Under the pieces are notes generated by a model. That model saw only the letters and a program-made list of their open reading frames with translations. It made no database searches and was not told the origin of the DNA. Below are positions 27,546 through 42,500 of a stretch of 64,000 nt of DNA, piece after piece. This stretch comes from the human T2T-CHM13v2.0 reference genome, Homo sapiens: NCBI RefSeq assembly GCF_009914755.1, contig NC_060947.1; one strand, 5' to 3'. The translations under genes and the position numbers were made by a program. The first letter of the stretch is position 1. Each line of letters begins with the position of its first letter.

Positions 27546-27650
27546 CTGACATTAAACAGGCTCTTCTTGCAAAGAGAAAAAAGTTTGAAATGAATACAAA
27601 TGCTTCTATCAAAAAAATCAAACATGTTTGGAAAACACACGGAGAGCAAA
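27546..27650 (+). pseudogene. Copy B exon 5: DIKQALLAKRKKFEMNTNASIKKIKHVWKTHGEQ
   Basis: Compare SYCP3 [39 protein letters not shown]. Acceptor AG replaced by CA (27544-27545), four codons missing, one G missing at the donor (caaa|gtatgg). Confidence 0.92.
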
Positions 27651-28469
27651 GTATGGCTGTTGGCTTTTTTGAACCGTGATATTTGTATCATTGCTTTGTA
27701 TTCATTGCTGCAAATAATTTCAGACAACCACTATCCTGTAATTATTGGAGTCTCCAGTGAAGAATATATTTTACTTGATTTTTCTCCAAGCACATAAGTT
27801 TCTTTAATTTTATAACCTCAGTTTGACAGAATTGAAATCTATTACCTAGAAGCCAAGGAAGATGACGTCTTTTTGCCATTCATATAAGAGTAGAGTCTTC
27901 CTGTAAAATTAATTTATATTAATTTCTAGAAATATGCTAGCTGAATACATGGTAAATGTCTTTGATGTTTAGTCTTCTGATCCTTAACAGTATTCAATGA
28001 TGTAGAAAGGGGTAATCTTATGTTGTAAATAAGATATATAGTTTAGTTTAATATTTTTTCACTATTCCTTTTACAAAATCATTGTTGTGCCAAAGTGTAG
28101 AAATAGTTAAGTGAAATATTTCTTTTGGGAGATCTTATGGGATGAATGGCTATGATATCCTCATTGAATCTACTAAGAGGAAATAAAAAGTAAACTGCTT
28201 TTAGTGAAAATGAATGTTTCTGGGAAATTTATAGCATAGTCCATCTTCCTTTGGTTTTAAGAGATAAAGAATGTGAGACAGCTTCTCTAGTAGTCAGAAG
28301 AAATGCTTTTAGAATGAGAGAAACTTCATCCTTTTCCAATGAGAAGTTTTCAGCTGCTATTATGTCCTTATTTTGTACTACGAATTCTATGAAATCAATT
28401 TTGTCTTGCTTTCAATTAAGTTTTCATCTCCTTATGAAGTATGACCATGTTCCTTATTATGTGTTGCAG

Positions 28470-28572
28470 GCAGAAACTTCATTACAAATGTTTTAAGCAG
28501 TTTTGGAAGTTGTTTCAAGGCTGGAACACAGACATGAAGAAGAAGACTCAGAAACAAGAAGAAAAACTAGCT
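28470..28572 (+). pseudogene. Copy B exon 6: QKLHYKCFKQFWKLFQGWNTDMKKKTQKQEEKLA
   Basis: ttgcag|G ... GCT|gttggt; compare SYCP3 [33 protein letters not shown]; open frame. Confidence 0.9.
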
Positions 28573-28689
28573 GTTGGTATCAGGATTAACTTGATAATTA
28601 ATCCATTGTATCAATACCTCAAGTAGTAAGAGTTCATGCTGAAATTCAAAGCAAAGAAGGTAGAGAACATGAGCTCAGAGAGGGTTCCC

Positions 28690-29340
28690 ATTAACGGACT
28701 AGGGGAATATAATTGCCAAGTAGCATTAGAGGTCCCACTGAGGTTAGTGTCATGGCGATTTTGAAGTTAAAGTGAGCCCAGTTGGCATATTTGTGCAAGA
28801 GCAGAGTAGAGTTGGAATATCCTCCTCTGGGGTGTATCAGAGCACTGTGACGAGGGAGCAGTGGGGAGGGAATATACCCAAGGATGGAGTTATGATGACT
28901 GGCTATGGAATTTAGGCTGGCACTGAGGAAAGTGAGCACATAGGGGTGTGGTGCTGAGCCACAAAAAGTGTTCCATTTCATGGGTGTTAGGTCTTTATAG
29001 ACCACTGAGCTGTATACCAAAGTGAGTCTCCTACAAGAGTAGGGAGATAGTGGTTGTATGTTGGAAAGATGGAGAAACAGCAAAGTGCAGTGGTCAAGGA
29101 CCTGGACTCTGGAACCACACTGCTGGGGATACAACTCCAGTTTGACCCTGGCTAGCTCTGAAACCATGGGCAAATTATCTCTGTGCTCCAGTTTTCTTAT
29201 CTTTGAAAAGGGACATAGTAAGAATACCTACATCAGAGATTTTTCGAGGATTAAAGAGCTCTTATGTAATGAGTTTATTAACAATTTTCATGATCCTATC
29301 TGACCTATGGTTCCCGTTTATCATTGCTATCAATAATATT
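28690..29340. mobile_element. Old interspersed repeats (MIR at ~29080-29300) in intron 6, shared with copy D
   Basis: MIR core (ggactctggaacc ... gggcaaattatctctgtgctccagttttcttatct); homologous sequence at ~58600-59290. Confidence 0.6.
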
Positions 29341-29891
29341 ATGTAGATGTTGCAGTTATTGGGAATGAGAAAATCTAGGGGATGACTATGTGAGTGGCAA
29401 GCAGAGGAGGGGAGAATGCTGTTGTTGGGTATTAGGTCAAGGAGCAGAAGAGCAGAAAGGCCAGCATTATTGGAATATTAATTTCTGTGCATAGTGAAAT
29501 GATCGAGATGTAATACATGTTTAAAATATTAGTAAGAAAGAATATTTCTCACTTAATTTCTGTTAGGTAGGATTATTGTATAGATACTACCTATCTGTGG
29601 TAAACAAATATTAGGAAAGGTCATCTGGAAGTTTGAAATCAAGAATTAGGACATATGTGTTGAATATTTATGAGAAAGAAAATTCTTTATTAGTGACTGA
29701 AGAAAAGGATAATTATATTGTTTTGGCATATGAATAGTGAACATAATGAGTTAAAATTGGTCATAGATGTTGTTAAGCAGAAAAGATTAAGAAGTATTGA
29801 TTTGAAGAGGATTCCTTTAAAAGTGTAGAATTATGTTTTGTAAATATTAAAATTTATCCAATTTTTGTCATTTTTTGTTTTATATTTCTAG

Positions 29892-29989
29892 AAAATACTT
29901 CAAGAGCAACTAAAGGCTTATCTACATGCTAGGTTTGTCCAGAGAGAGAAACTGAAAAAATCCAACTGTTACATGAGCAATTCGAAAAG
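29892..29989 (+). pseudogene. Copy B exon 7: KILQEQLKAYLHARFVQREKLK/IQLLHEQFEK
   Basis: ttctag|AAA ... AAG|gtctgt; 98 nt versus 99 in copy D, from a 1-nt loss in the A run at 29955-29960. Confidence 0.9.
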
Positions 29990-30509
29990 GTCTGTTATAT
30001 TTGGTAACATAATACATTCTTATAAAATACAATGCATACATAAAAATAGAAGACAGGTTTCTTGCTTCCCAGTTTATGGGAAAAAATATTTTGGTTTAAT
30101 TATCATTTCCATTTTGAATTTATTGTTCCAGATTTACCATAATTGGTAAATGTATTTGTATTTTTAGGATTCATTAACAGTTTTGTGGGAATTATTTAGA
30201 ATAGGAAAATGTAAATTGGATATTTCATCTAGAAATAGACATGTTGTGTGTAAAATTGATCACATATTAACATTTTACGTTCACCAATCAGCTTTTAAAA
30301 GATCAGCGATAAATCTAGAGTGGAAAGCAGAAAGTCCCTAAATCCTTTCTAGATGTCTTTTCCTTGTCTTGTTTCAACAGTTTTGGCTCAATAGGACGTA
30401 GGCAAGTGTAACTATTGAATATCTCTTTCATTTTCTGCTGTAATATATGAGTGTTTCATGGCAAATTTGCTTTCAAAATTATGAGTGACTAGTGATGGTT
30501 TTACATGAC

Positions 30510-30615
30510 AATTTTTTAAATGTTTAAGTTCAGGGGTACAAGTGCAGTTTTGTGACATAGTTAAACTTGTATCATGGGGGTTCCTTGTGCAGATTATTTC
30601 ATTATCTGGATAACA
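30510..30615 (-). mobile_element. Short L1 3'-end insertion specific to copy B
   Basis: ttaagttcaggggtacaagtgcagttttgtgacatag; the site in copy D (~57430) is uninterrupted. Confidence 0.75.
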
Positions 30616-31129
30616 ATTTGTAATCATAAGAGATGGTTCAGAGGTATAACAGAATGAGAAAGCCAGCAGATTATTAACACTTTGTGCATTGATAATTATC
30701 TGCTGTTGTATTTCACATGAGTGATTTTTCCTCTGACAATGACCTCTTCTTCATGTAGATATATACTATTTAGGAGCCAATGAAATTCTTTTTTTGGGGG
30801 GGAGGTATTCTTTTTAATAGCCTTGTGAAAATACATGTTTATGTGTCACTCTTCCAAACTAACTTAGATGATTTAAATAAACTGGTAAAAGAGTTTGAAC
30901 ATACAATTTTTAAGCCACTTAAGAAATATATATTTATAAGACAGTTATTTCAATAGAACTCACAAGTACAGAATATGTTGCTATAATGTTCCCACAAAAC
31001 ATTTATTAATTGATGTGAACATTTGAATAGAAAAGTTTTATTCTCAATGTTATTGCTACATGTTACCAGGGTAGGAGCTTTGGTATTATCTTTGACTATT
31101 CCAAGTCCATTATGCTTCCCATGCAGTTA

Positions 31130-31770
31130 TCATTAGGCCCTGCAATTTTTACCTCTGCTGTGGTCCTTTAATTTCCTTCTTTAAATTCCCACTGCTGCTG
31201 CCCTAGTTCACATCATCTTTCGTTGCTTGTACTATTAAACTCTTAGCTGAGTTCTCTTTTCTCCTCTGAGTCATCCTTTATAGATTGGCAATATTATCTT
31301 CTTAAAACCTAGCCCTTCCCTCCTCCCAACCTGTCTGTGGTGTCCACTTCTAAATTCTTAGATAGTTAGAGACACTCCCCTTTACATGACCCCCTTTTAG
31401 GCTTGTTTCGTTCCATTCTGTCTTTCCTTCCACCTCTCTTGGTTGATAGCCTTCTCTGAAGGAACTCATCATTACCTCCAGGTTTTGCTCATGCTCTTCC
31501 CTCACAATGCTTTTAAATCTTTTTATGAACTGATTGAAATATGATTCTTTTGCCAACTATGCCAGCATCAATCTCCATTTTTGCCTACATGCCCGAGTGA
31601 GTTGCACTTCCATACCAATTATAAATTTTTGTATTATTTTATTCCTGCCTTTGCTCATGTCACAGGAATATGAAAGAGATTGTGTATTCATGTTTTACTT
31701 CTTTCTCAGTACTTAACATACAACATTTTAGGTAGTGGGAACTATTTAACTATTTGTTGAATGAATAGTA
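31130..31770 (+). mobile_element. L2 fragments in intron 7, shared with copy D (~56250-56920)
   Basis: Pyrimidine-rich L2-like sequence ending in tatttgttgaatgaat. Confidence 0.6.
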
Positions 31771-32016
31771 TACATTTCAAACGTAAGTTATGTTTTCTCT
31801 AACTTGATGAGTTCATATCAGAGACCATTTTATCCCATCAGTGGAAATCATGTTACCTGAGTTATGAGTGACAATAAATGGGTCACTACTTGGTGAAAAA
31901 AATATGATATTTCATGATATAGGGCTGCCAGTCTTTTTTTGTAATGGCTCCATCTTGTCTTTAACTGTTCCTCAACTCATTTTTTCAAGCAAAGTACATG
32001 ACTGTTGTACCTGCTA

Positions 32017-32270
<254 letters not shown>

Positions 32271-32387
32271 TTAAATGTGGAATAAATAACCAAGTTAAAT
32301 GCTGTTTCCTTTGAAATTTAAATTGCTGTGTTTGAAACGTGAGATGAAAAGTGGTGGTTTATCTGTGAACTATACTTTTTGTTTTAG

Positions 32388-32836
<449 letters not shown>

Positions 32837-32917
32837 CTAAGGATTGATGTAAGCACTGGAATATTTTATTTGCAGAAATGTGTATAACAATTATCTAAAT
32901 TTCCTTGTTTGAAACAG

Positions 32918-32971
32918 GAGCAGCAAGAGTTGGCACTTATTTGATTGCATCTTCAACCTCTGTTACTCTGA
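32918..32971 (+). pseudogene. Copy B terminal exon 9: EQQELALI*LHLQPLLL*
   Basis: aaacag|GAG after a 109-bp intron; compare SYCP3 QQQEIASVRKSLQSMLF*; premature TGA at 32942-32944. Confidence 0.88.
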
Positions 32972-33199
32972 TGACTGAAGAAAGAACTTGAACCTGTGTT
33001 ATATCTGCTGAGACATTCCAAAGGGATTTGTGTATGAAGCAAAGGGGTTTGGGATTTGGGAGTTGTTTTACAGGTCTCAGGGAACCAACATACAAGGCAA
33101 AACTTATTAGATGGTAAAAGAGTATTAAAAGGGCGAATTTTATTGTACGTAAATTATACTTCAGTGAACTTGACTTTTAAAAGAAAGAAAACAATGAGG

Positions 33200-34020
33200 T
33201 TGAAGAAAGGACCTTGGAGACTAGCAATTCAGAAGTTTTTGGTGATGCTGGCAAAAAATTGTTTAATTAGAAACCAGATTGTAATGGATTGAGGAATAAA
33301 TCTGAGTTTAGGAAGCTTGAAGGTGGCGCAAAAGAGGAAAAGGTAAGGTCTGTTAAAGATGGTTTATTGTTTGTTAGTTTATTGTGGTTGTTATTGTTTC
33401 TTTAGATGAGAACAGCTAAAGCATGTTGGTGGCCAATAGGAGCATTGAAAATACAAAAGGAAGAAGGAGTAACTGATACAATAAGATCATCAGTGCTAGA
33501 CAGAAGGATCTCTGAGATGTTACTGGTGGATTCATTGACAGAGGTGGAGTGATGGAGTGATGGGAAATGCCATTTGATGGCCTCTGTTTTCTCGTGTAAA
33601 AGGAGGCAAGGTTAATAGCAGACAGCGATGGGTAACAAGTTAAATAGAGTGATAAATGAAACTGGGAAATGAAGGAGGAAACTGACCAGAAACAAATTTA
33701 AACATTTTGAAGTAATTCTGAATTTCCAACTCAAGCTGGAAACCATAATTCTGGAGAGATACCAAACTGTATAGTTTTGTGATTTTTCTCCAGCATTGCT
33801 CAGCAGCCTGGGAGCTGAGGAGAACACACATGATTGGGTTCTTCTGGGCTCAAAAGCTAGGTAGATGTAGTTGAGGGAATTGATGGAGCTGATGGATATC
33901 TCTAAAGTTCACCATGGGCATCCAGACTGGTAGAGAAGAAACTGGAAATTAGTAGTCTGGGAGAAAAGAGAAAAAAAAAAGAAAGCCAAAAAGTCATGGT
34001 GAGAAGATGGAATACTTGTT
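33200..34020 (-). mobile_element. L2 fragments
   Basis: Purine-rich decayed L2-like sequence; boundaries approximate. Confidence 0.5.
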
Positions 34021-35079
34021 TTCTGAAGCCATTTATGCCCCCATAAGGAGCCTGCCCCTACCATACAACTCTTTTGCCACAGCTCTCGGGGATACCACAG
34101 AAAGTAGATTGAATACATTCGAGGGCATAGACTGGATTCAGAAACATAGCCTGGTGGTCAGTGTTTCATTCTGAATTTGCCACTAATTTAAGGCAGCTGT
34201 CATTACCACCATTATCACAGCATGCTAATCCTTAGGCAAGGAATATTACTTGTGCATTCAAGAGTAGAAGAAATGGGAACCTCCCATGGGGCAATGACAA
34301 TAGACTTGGCAAGAGGTAAATCATTTCACTTTTTGCCTCAGATTCCAAAAGTGTATTGATGCTTCCCTCAAGGCATGCCCTTTTACTTCTGTTATCTTAA
34401 GATTGTCAATTTAATTCTGTTAGAGAGTCTACAGAGGTGGCACCCTTCTTTGGGCTCTTACTCTTCCTTTCTGCATTTTCTCTTTCCTTGCTTCCTCCTA
34501 CCTTTAGGTATTAAATGTTATATGTCTCAGCAACCTTCCCCCACCAAGTGACCAAATAAAGTATTCCTATAAGCTTAGTATTAGATATTTTTTTGTGTGT
34601 GCCTAAGAGGACTAGGCTAAGAAGTTGGTGCTTAGTTAGAGAACACTTTTAGGTACTTTGCAGATAACACTGTAAAGCTAATCCCTCATGCACTGTACAT
34701 GCAGTTGAACCTGGGTGTCTCTCTGGTATTCATAAGAAAAGCCCTGCTCCTATAGGCCCTATCTCCATATGTCAGCCTAGTAAAGTAACCAACCATGTTA
34801 TTCACTGTGAGATACCATGTTCTAGTTATCCTTTACTTGCTTGAGTGCTGAGATGAACATAATACACAAGGTCTAGTAGTTCCTAAACCCTGTGAGAACT
34901 CCTAAGCTCCTTTTCTTGTTGTTGTCTACATATATAAGTTCAAAAAATAGTCTTGGGGGAATTTCAACAAACAATTCTAAATAAGTCCTTTTTTCTTTGC
35001 AAATATAAATCCTTGTAAAATTCCTTTTTTTCCTATCTGTTTCCTATTCCTGATTCTATTATAGCTCTAGCAATACTAA

Positions 35080-35426
<347 letters not shown>

Positions 35427-36704
35427 ATGATGAATTTTTTAAATCTCAAAAATCCCAGTTTATCTTTCTTGGCAAATCAAATATATTAATATGTTTTACG
35501 CACACACACACACAGAGTATATTATCATGTCTTCTCTAAATTATTTTTTTGTCTCACTGTCTCCTAAAATTGTTCCTAAATGCTTCTTTGTTACAAAGAG
35601 GTAGAAGAAAAAAAACCCCGAAGAATGGAGGAGAAAAGAATATGAAGTGATGGAAGATGGAAAAAGAAAGTATGCTATGGAATAAGCGAAACCAATGAGG
35701 AGATGGAATCAGTAGTGATTTCCGTTTTCCTTAGCCCCCTTAGACTGATTTGGGGTTTGGCTTTGATATTTCTCTCATCTAATGCCCCCCAAGTGACCTC
35801 TTCCTAGCAATTTGTTCCACAAAAAATATTCCTTTCACTGCCAGCAAATATCTCTTACCTGACCAGCAGGTTGAAATATCCTGCCCCAGCATCTAAACAT
35901 TCTCTCCAGCCTGCCAAGCCCCTAATCGCCTGACCCAGAGGACTTGGACCCATTGCCATTAGTTCCACCCACCCCTTACCCCGCATTAGCATGGAGAGTG
36001 TTGATGGCTGTTGTACATCTGACACAACTTAAGCAATAATTTGGTTTTACTTGATTAAATCGCCTTCAAAATATAAGCAGGTAAACTACATGTTGAATTC
36101 ATTAAATTCTTCCTCCACTCTTTAGAAATACGTTTTTTAAAAAGGAATTGATAGGTGTCATGTACATATTTGTTCACTTCTGTTGATGCAAGATAATAAG
36201 ATTGTTAACATGAAGGTGGAATGATGGTATTTATATTTTCATCAACACTGTTTACATAAGAGGAAAACATCTGAAAGCAACAGGGAGAGAACATTTGCTG
36301 CTCTGTACATATATTAAATTCTTCCATTTTTGTTTATAAAGCATATGAGGAGGAAAAACAAGTTTAACAAATTGAGAAGCCCACTTGGATTTCTCCTGTG
36401 TCACCTGTGAGCCATGATTGAAGCCCTCTTAGGAAACTTGAACATCTCTCTGAGTTCTCACATCTGCGGATATGTCCCCGAGTGAACTGGGAGGCCTCTG
36501 TCCGTGGTTCCTGCCTGAGCACAGAGTGACCAGCAGAAGAATGAGGTGGGGCTGCCCTCTGTCTCCTGCACAGGCTTCCCCCAGGGTCTCGCTCCCTGAA
36601 TACAGACGCACTGAGCAAAATTCCGAGAACGGCTGCTTGTTGTAAAAAAGCGATTTCTGGGTCCAACTTTTCTTCTGGTATTTGGTTTTTCCTTTTCCTC
36701 ATTT

Positions 36705-37110
36705 TGGACCCACACCCCTGGCCACACCCCCTCCCTCTCATCACTCCTGACCACTCCCCGTCACTCTCATTCTTGACTATGCCTCATTCTCGCCTCATTC
36801 CTGACCACACCCCCTCACTCTCCTCACCCCTGACCACACCCCCATCTTTCATCACTCCTGACCACTCCCCCTCACTCTCATTCTTGACTATGCCTCATTC
36901 TCGCCTCATTCCTGACCACACCCCCTCACTCTCCTCATCCCTGACCACACCACCTCACTCCTTCATCATTGACCACACCCCTCGCTCTTGATACCCCTGA
37001 CCACGCCCCCTCACTCACCGCACACTGGCCATGCCCCCTCACTCCTGACCACGCCCCCTCATTCCTGATCAGGCTCCTTGCTCTCTCTCCTTCACCTCTG
37101 ACCACATCGC
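36705..37110 (+). repeat. C-rich degenerate minisatellite with a near-perfect 111-bp-period duplication
   Basis: Units like cctgaccacaccccctcact; 36739-36840 is nearly identical to 36850-36951. Confidence 0.9.
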
Positions 37111-38543
37111 CTCCCTCTGCACTCCTACTCTGGGTGCAAATGGATTTGCTGGCATCTGCTAAAGTCCTGATCCTTACAGAGGAGCATTTCTGCACTCGGC
37201 CCCTCCCAGCTGCACACCAAGCTTCTGAGGCAGAAAGCCAGGTCCTTGGATCTCAGCAGCCCCTCACTCCCCATTCCTGCATTCCTCTCTCTCCCTGGTC
37301 TTTGTGCCCAAGGGTGGCTTTGCAGGGGGCAAGCCTCCATGCTATCTGCGACCACCATTCGCACAAGGACTCTCCTCCTTCCACCCTCCCTCCAGCCTGT
37401 CTCTGAAGCTGCCTTCTCCCCCGAGCTTGGTCAGGTAAACTGCCCTGCCCCCTGACCCACCTGCTCCATGGCTCACTTCTTCCCCAGCACTCCTTCCTTC
37501 TGGCCTGCATTCACTCCTTCAGCAGCATCAGCACCAATTCATGTGCCCAGGACTGTGCTGGATGCTAGACCAGACAGACAGACAGATGTCACCACACCAC
37601 GGGGCCAGCACTGTGGAGACACACCAGGGGTCAAGGGCCCAGAACGGTCCTCACACATCCGGGTCTCCCAGGAAGGCCCGAGGAGGTTCTTACCCATTTA
37701 CTCATCTAAGTGGATGGCAATCTGTTGACAGAGGCCCCGAGCCTCCTCTCTGTATCCCAGTGCAAATTATTGGCCCTGGGTGTGTCGGGGAATGTGTCCT
37801 GAGCCCTGCAGAAGGCTCTAGCACCCACACTCTCTGCAGGTCTCCCAGGGCTCCTCCAAGCTGAGCCAACCACAGTAAGGTGGGTGCAACCATACTTCCC
37901 AGCCCCAGCAGCTGATAGGTGCCTATTCAAGTATGTTTGCAAAACTCTTGAGTTAAAGTTAACCAGTCTCACTGCTGAAAGGTTTTTCAACTGTTCAGAC
38001 ACTTACGGCCATTGTGGTTTTCCACAGGGGAAGTAGAGAGCGGCATTTTTCTTGGTTTTGTTGTTGATATTGTTTATAATACTCACAGGCAGTTTTAAAA
38101 CAATAACATCCCATAGGATTGGTATAACATTGTAATGGCAAAGAAAAATAACAACAACTGCTGACATCATTAAGGAAGCACATTTGCAATCCAGGCACGG
38201 TACCAAGAGCTTCAGGTGTATCTCCTCCCTTAACACTCAAGACAAACTCATCTCTTAGGTGCTACCTGGACATCCGCAGTAAAGGTGAAGAAACTGAGGT
38301 GCAGAAAGTTTCAGAAACTTGCTGTGATGATGGTAAGGTCAAGAGTTGAGCTCAAGGAATGGGGTCCCCAGGCCTTGTTCCTACTCCCATCCACATGGCC
38401 CCCTGGAACACTGGGGGCGAGGTTTTGTTGTCCAGCTCAGTGCACCATGACTCACAGGGACCTTCTGTCTAGAGAGAAATGAACACATTTATTCCAATTC
38501 ACTGATGTTCTCTCTGAATTTACCCTTTTAATTAAAAATAGGA

Positions 38544-38853
<310 letters not shown>

Positions 38854-39042
38854 AGGAGTCAGTACACCAGTGCATGAGCTGAGCCCAAGACCCTGATTCC
38901 AAAACAGAAAGCAGACTGTTGTGTTCTGCTACTATAAACAACCATTGCAGCCTGCATTTCTCTGCCTGCACTGCTGACCAAAAGCAACGTGCACAATAGG
39001 AAGCATGGCATCGTGTCTACCTGAGCCAGGCATTCTATAGAC

Positions 39043-39554
39043 CAAGGGTCCCCAATCCCAAAACTGGGCCACACAGCAGGAGGTGAGTGGTGGGCAAGTG
39101 AAGCTTCATCTGTACTCACAGCCACTCCCCATCACTCACATTATTGCCTGAGCTGCATCTCCTGTTAGATCAGAGGTGGCATTGGATTCTCATAGGAGCA
39201 CACACCCTGTTGTGAACTCCACATGCCAGGGATCTGGGTTGTGCACTCCTCATGAGAATCTAGTGTCTGATGGTCTATCACTATCTCCCATCATTCCCAG
39301 ATAGGACAATCTAGTTTCAAGAAATCAAGTTCCAGGCTCCCGCTGATTCTACATTAGGGTGAGTTGTATAATTATTTCATTATATGTTACAACATAATAA
39401 TACTAGAAATAAAGTGCACAATAAATGTAATGTTCTTGAATCATCCCAAAACCATCCCACCCCCAGTCAATGGGGAAAAAAAAATCCATCCTCCCCACCC
39501 CTGTCCATCTTTCATGAAACCAGTCCCTGGTGCCAAAAAGGTTGGGAACAACTG
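39043..39554 (+). mobile_element. MER1A (hAT-Charlie) DNA transposon
   Basis: TIRs caagggtcccca ... aggttgggaacaactg, internal gattctcataggagc; degenerate 8-bp TSD ctatagac / ctgcagac. Confidence 0.85.
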
Positions 39555-42500
39555 CTGCAGACCATGTGTCTATTGAGGAGTGCAGATCCTGCAGAGAAGG
39601 GAAGGGAGAAGTCAGGTGGGATCTGGGAAGCTGTGCTAGCTTACCCACTCTCCTCTGTCCCATTCCCCTGGTGTAAATACCCCTGCCATGGCTGATCTTG
39701 AGTGACCATCGAAGCATCACTGACCTTATCATTGGCTCTCCTGAGCTCCTACATGTGGGCTTCAATGCACCACCAAGATGTGAGTGCTGGCTTCTTGTTT
39801 CTTTCTTTCGGTTTTCTTTAATTATTTATGTGTTTTTGCAAAAGGAGATGCACAGCTCTGAAGTCACAGCAATTGTGCTGCAATTGAGATTCCAGTGCCA
39901 AATTAAAGACAACTTCAAAATATAAGAGTTGTTACATATTTATTTCAGGCCTAGCACAACAGCTCAACAGTTGGACCCACATTATAGAAGCTTTTGTGTA
40001 AGTAAATGAAAGGTATTATTGACAATAAATTTAAGATATCTGACTAGAAGGGCTTTGGTTAGAGAGGATTCACAGCATCACCATGAGATCCTATGAAGGA
40101 AACGAAGTGGCTGAATTTGGCCAACATCATGAAGGTCTAAAGCAGCAGATATGCTGCCTTCTTCTGCTTCTATTTTGTTCTTTTAATTGTCCATTCATTT
40201 TTTGATTCATCAGTTGTTGTGTTCTTGCCATCTATCAGTCATGGTATTAAATGCTATGACTTGGAGGTGAAGACTGAGGCACAATGATTTATTCTGTCAT
40301 TGAGCTTGTCATCTTGGAGCTTGGTCTCCCCACCCAGGAACCTCCTACAATGAACTTTCCATATTTAGAGCGCCCAAGTTGAGGGTATGATTGTATGTAT
40401 GTGCATGTGAGTGTGGAGGGGTACCATGACAACTAATGAATCTTAGAATCACTGTACCGGCTCTATCATAAATTATCTTAAAATTTCTTTTTTCATATTC
40501 ATATTACGAAGCTAAGCTATGCCTAGCTGGCATTGAATTCTGATAAAAATCTCTTGGTTTTATGTCAGCAATGAGCAATCTTCCTTGGGAGTAGATAGTC
40601 CAAACTGGTCTTTGGTTTCTGTGCAGCCCAAACTGAGCAGAAAATCTTGAAATTTCTGAGACTGTAGGGGGTTGTTTAAGCCCATCTGAGCATGGTGCAC
40701 ACAGATGAAAGCAGGCTGGCCTTCAAAGGACTACTCTGAGAAGGAGAAAGCAAAGGCTTCAGGCTAAACGTCAGGGTTAGAGGAATGGCTCCCAGCCCAG
40801 TAGAAAAGAATCTGTGTCTCTAGAAACAACAGAAAGGAAACAAGAAAGGAAAAAAAAATCCCTGACACACTCCAATCTCAGAGAGAGGGATGGGGCTGAG
40901 CTCCACTGGGCAGTTTCAGGTGAAGGGATGGGAACATGATCCTCTTCCTGGAAAAAGTCCAACAAGACAACAGGCCACACAGCCAGCCAGCTGCCCTGGG
41001 CACAGCACAGAGCTTCCCAAGGACCCCTGGACACTGAGAGGCTTGCTCAGGAAGGGGCCCAGTGGACAAAGGTGGATTTGAAATCTGAGACCCTGGTTTC
41101 ATTCCAAGGCCTCTGGCCCTCAGCCTCAAGAGGAACAAAGCTCACTCTTCCCCAGTTGTATGTGGACAGGAAGCTACTGATGCCCTGTTCAGTGAGCCAC
41201 CCTACTGCCCATGGGCTGGGGCAGCAGCTTTGTCTCTAAGCCACCAGGCAAGATTCCCCTAGATAAGGGCTGACCACAGCCTGAAGCCATGGCCCCAATT
41301 CCCTGGACTCTGAAGGATGTTGTTCCTCAGATAGGTGTTTTAGGTAGACTGAGACAACTTAGTACAGTTAAAAGAAAACAGGATTGAAAATGGGGTGGAG
41401 CTCTGTTCAAGTCCTGGCTAAACATTTCCAACTCTCTGGCCTTAGAGAACCAATTACTATTTCTGCATGTGAATGTTTTCATTGGTAACATAGAGATGCC
41501 CTGATTTCCCCTGCAGGGCTGTGGCAGAAATGGGAGGCCAGGTATGCAGAGAGACTTTAGGTATCCCAGATACTTCACAAACCCTTGAAATTAACACTTA
41601 CAAGCTAGTTAGCTGAAAGAAACACAAAATTAAGGCCATTTTCTCTGGTCTTTTGACCCAAACACTGTAATACCTGGAATACTCAAAGAAAATAAATATT
41701 GCAAGCACAGGAGCAATAGGGGGGGTCTGGAATTGCCTTTGAATGATCTGAAAAAACAAAATTCCTTTCCTCTCTTTTGCTTGGCTAAGGAGCCTGGATC
41801 AAAGGTCCCCATACTCCCCACAATGCCATTCTCTGGGGACATCATTACCATGGACACAACCGTTTGTTGGTTTCAGTGCTGCGGTGTTTACACAGAATGA
41901 CTTTATTAGCTATCCCTCCTCTTGTCCCAGGAAATGTCTTTTGTTTTATCAGGCAGAGCAACAAAATCATATGATGAAATAATCATCCTGATAATTAATC
42001 CCTTTCATCAAGAGAGCTAAGAACACACATTTAAGGGCCACATATTAGCAGCAATAATATTTAGAAATGGAAGAAGTGATTTTATTGCTTTAGTAAGGCA
42101 TGTGGATTAGGTTGACCCCTCTAATTGATGCTCTGCTGAGTGTGAATCTGCGAGTTGGGCAGCACACAGACATTAATTAGTCTGTGCTTGGGCACACACC
42201 AGCTCCAGTACACTCAAGTTTCATCCCAAATTGCTGCTATAATTCCCCACTTTCATCTTGGTAGACAATATTACATTTGTGATGATTCAAATAGATTTTC
42301 TGCAGGCATTAAATTTTTAGTAAACAGACCCAAATTAATACCTGTTTATGACATTTTACTCCAGGGATTAAATCAAAAGAACTAATTTGATATATAAATA
42401 TCTCTTCTCTGCTTTTAATGAACAGGTATTTTTGTTGCTGTTGTTGTTGTTGAGAGCAAAATTAGACACATGCCTCACTCCTCCAGGCTGCCTAATCATA

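Noticed and set aside
36705-37110. CRISPR-like repeat-spacer array
   Set aside because: Eukaryotic context, degenerate C-rich units without unique spacers and no cas genes; a minisatellite.
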